Source: Oscillospiraceae bacterium (GTDB taxonomy: Bacteria > Bacillota > Clostridia > Oscillospirales > Oscillospiraceae). From it: DNA of 45,930 nucleotides. Shown piece by piece: positions 45,929-45,930 of the stretch; within the stretch, counting starts at the first letter, position 1, and every line of letters begins with the position of its first letter. Made by a program: the position numbers and the translations under genes. A model generated the notes under the pieces. It worked only from the letters and a program-made list of their open reading frames with translations. It ran no database searches and was not told where the DNA came from. The DNA lies in contig CACZCL010000013.1 in NCBI GenBank assembly GCA_902779695.1, positions 1 to 45,930 of the forward strand, written 5' to 3'.

Positions 45929-45930
45929 GC

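Noticed and set aside
1-45930. CRISPR array, tRNA, rRNA, 6S RNA near aspS or zapA
   Set aside because: No regularly spaced repeats or cloverleaf-like sequences were seen; aspS overlaps the next gene directly, and the zapA upstream region is short and promoter-like.

Overview
GC-rich chromosomal segment of an endospore-forming Clostridia bacterium. Gene content and order suggest Oscillospiraceae, which is an inference. It is probably origin-proximal, given two perfect parS sites, parAB, rsmG, serS and gyrA. About 47 mostly housekeeping CDSs are present: hemZ-yabM-mazG-yabO-yabP-yabQ-divIC, hpf, a GntR/dehydrogenase pair, an rSAM-mutY-tdk-pflX-dCMP deaminase cluster, alaX, nagZ-like GH3, aspS, mgsA, minD, rsmG, mscL, serS, parAB, GH13, maf-mreCD-pbp2, U32, zapA, dnaD-dnaC-like, ltaS-like, glyQS, rpsT, gpr, degV, nadE, rnhA, greA and gyrA. 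No CRISPR array, tRNA, rRNA, transposase or prophage was seen. The most interesting signals are: (1) a ~152-bp four-hairpin dispersed repeat present twice (16665 and 44141) with a compensatory base change; (2) a candidate anti-Shine-Dalgarno sRNA behind 11-bp-periodic boxes between nadE and rnhA; (3) a 799-aa modular secreted protein with a lower-GC C-terminal module and a long, switch-like leader; (4) a MITE-like element after divIC; (5) a MinD lacking its membrane helix next to a degenerate MgsA. All of these calls are by eye and need computational confirmation.
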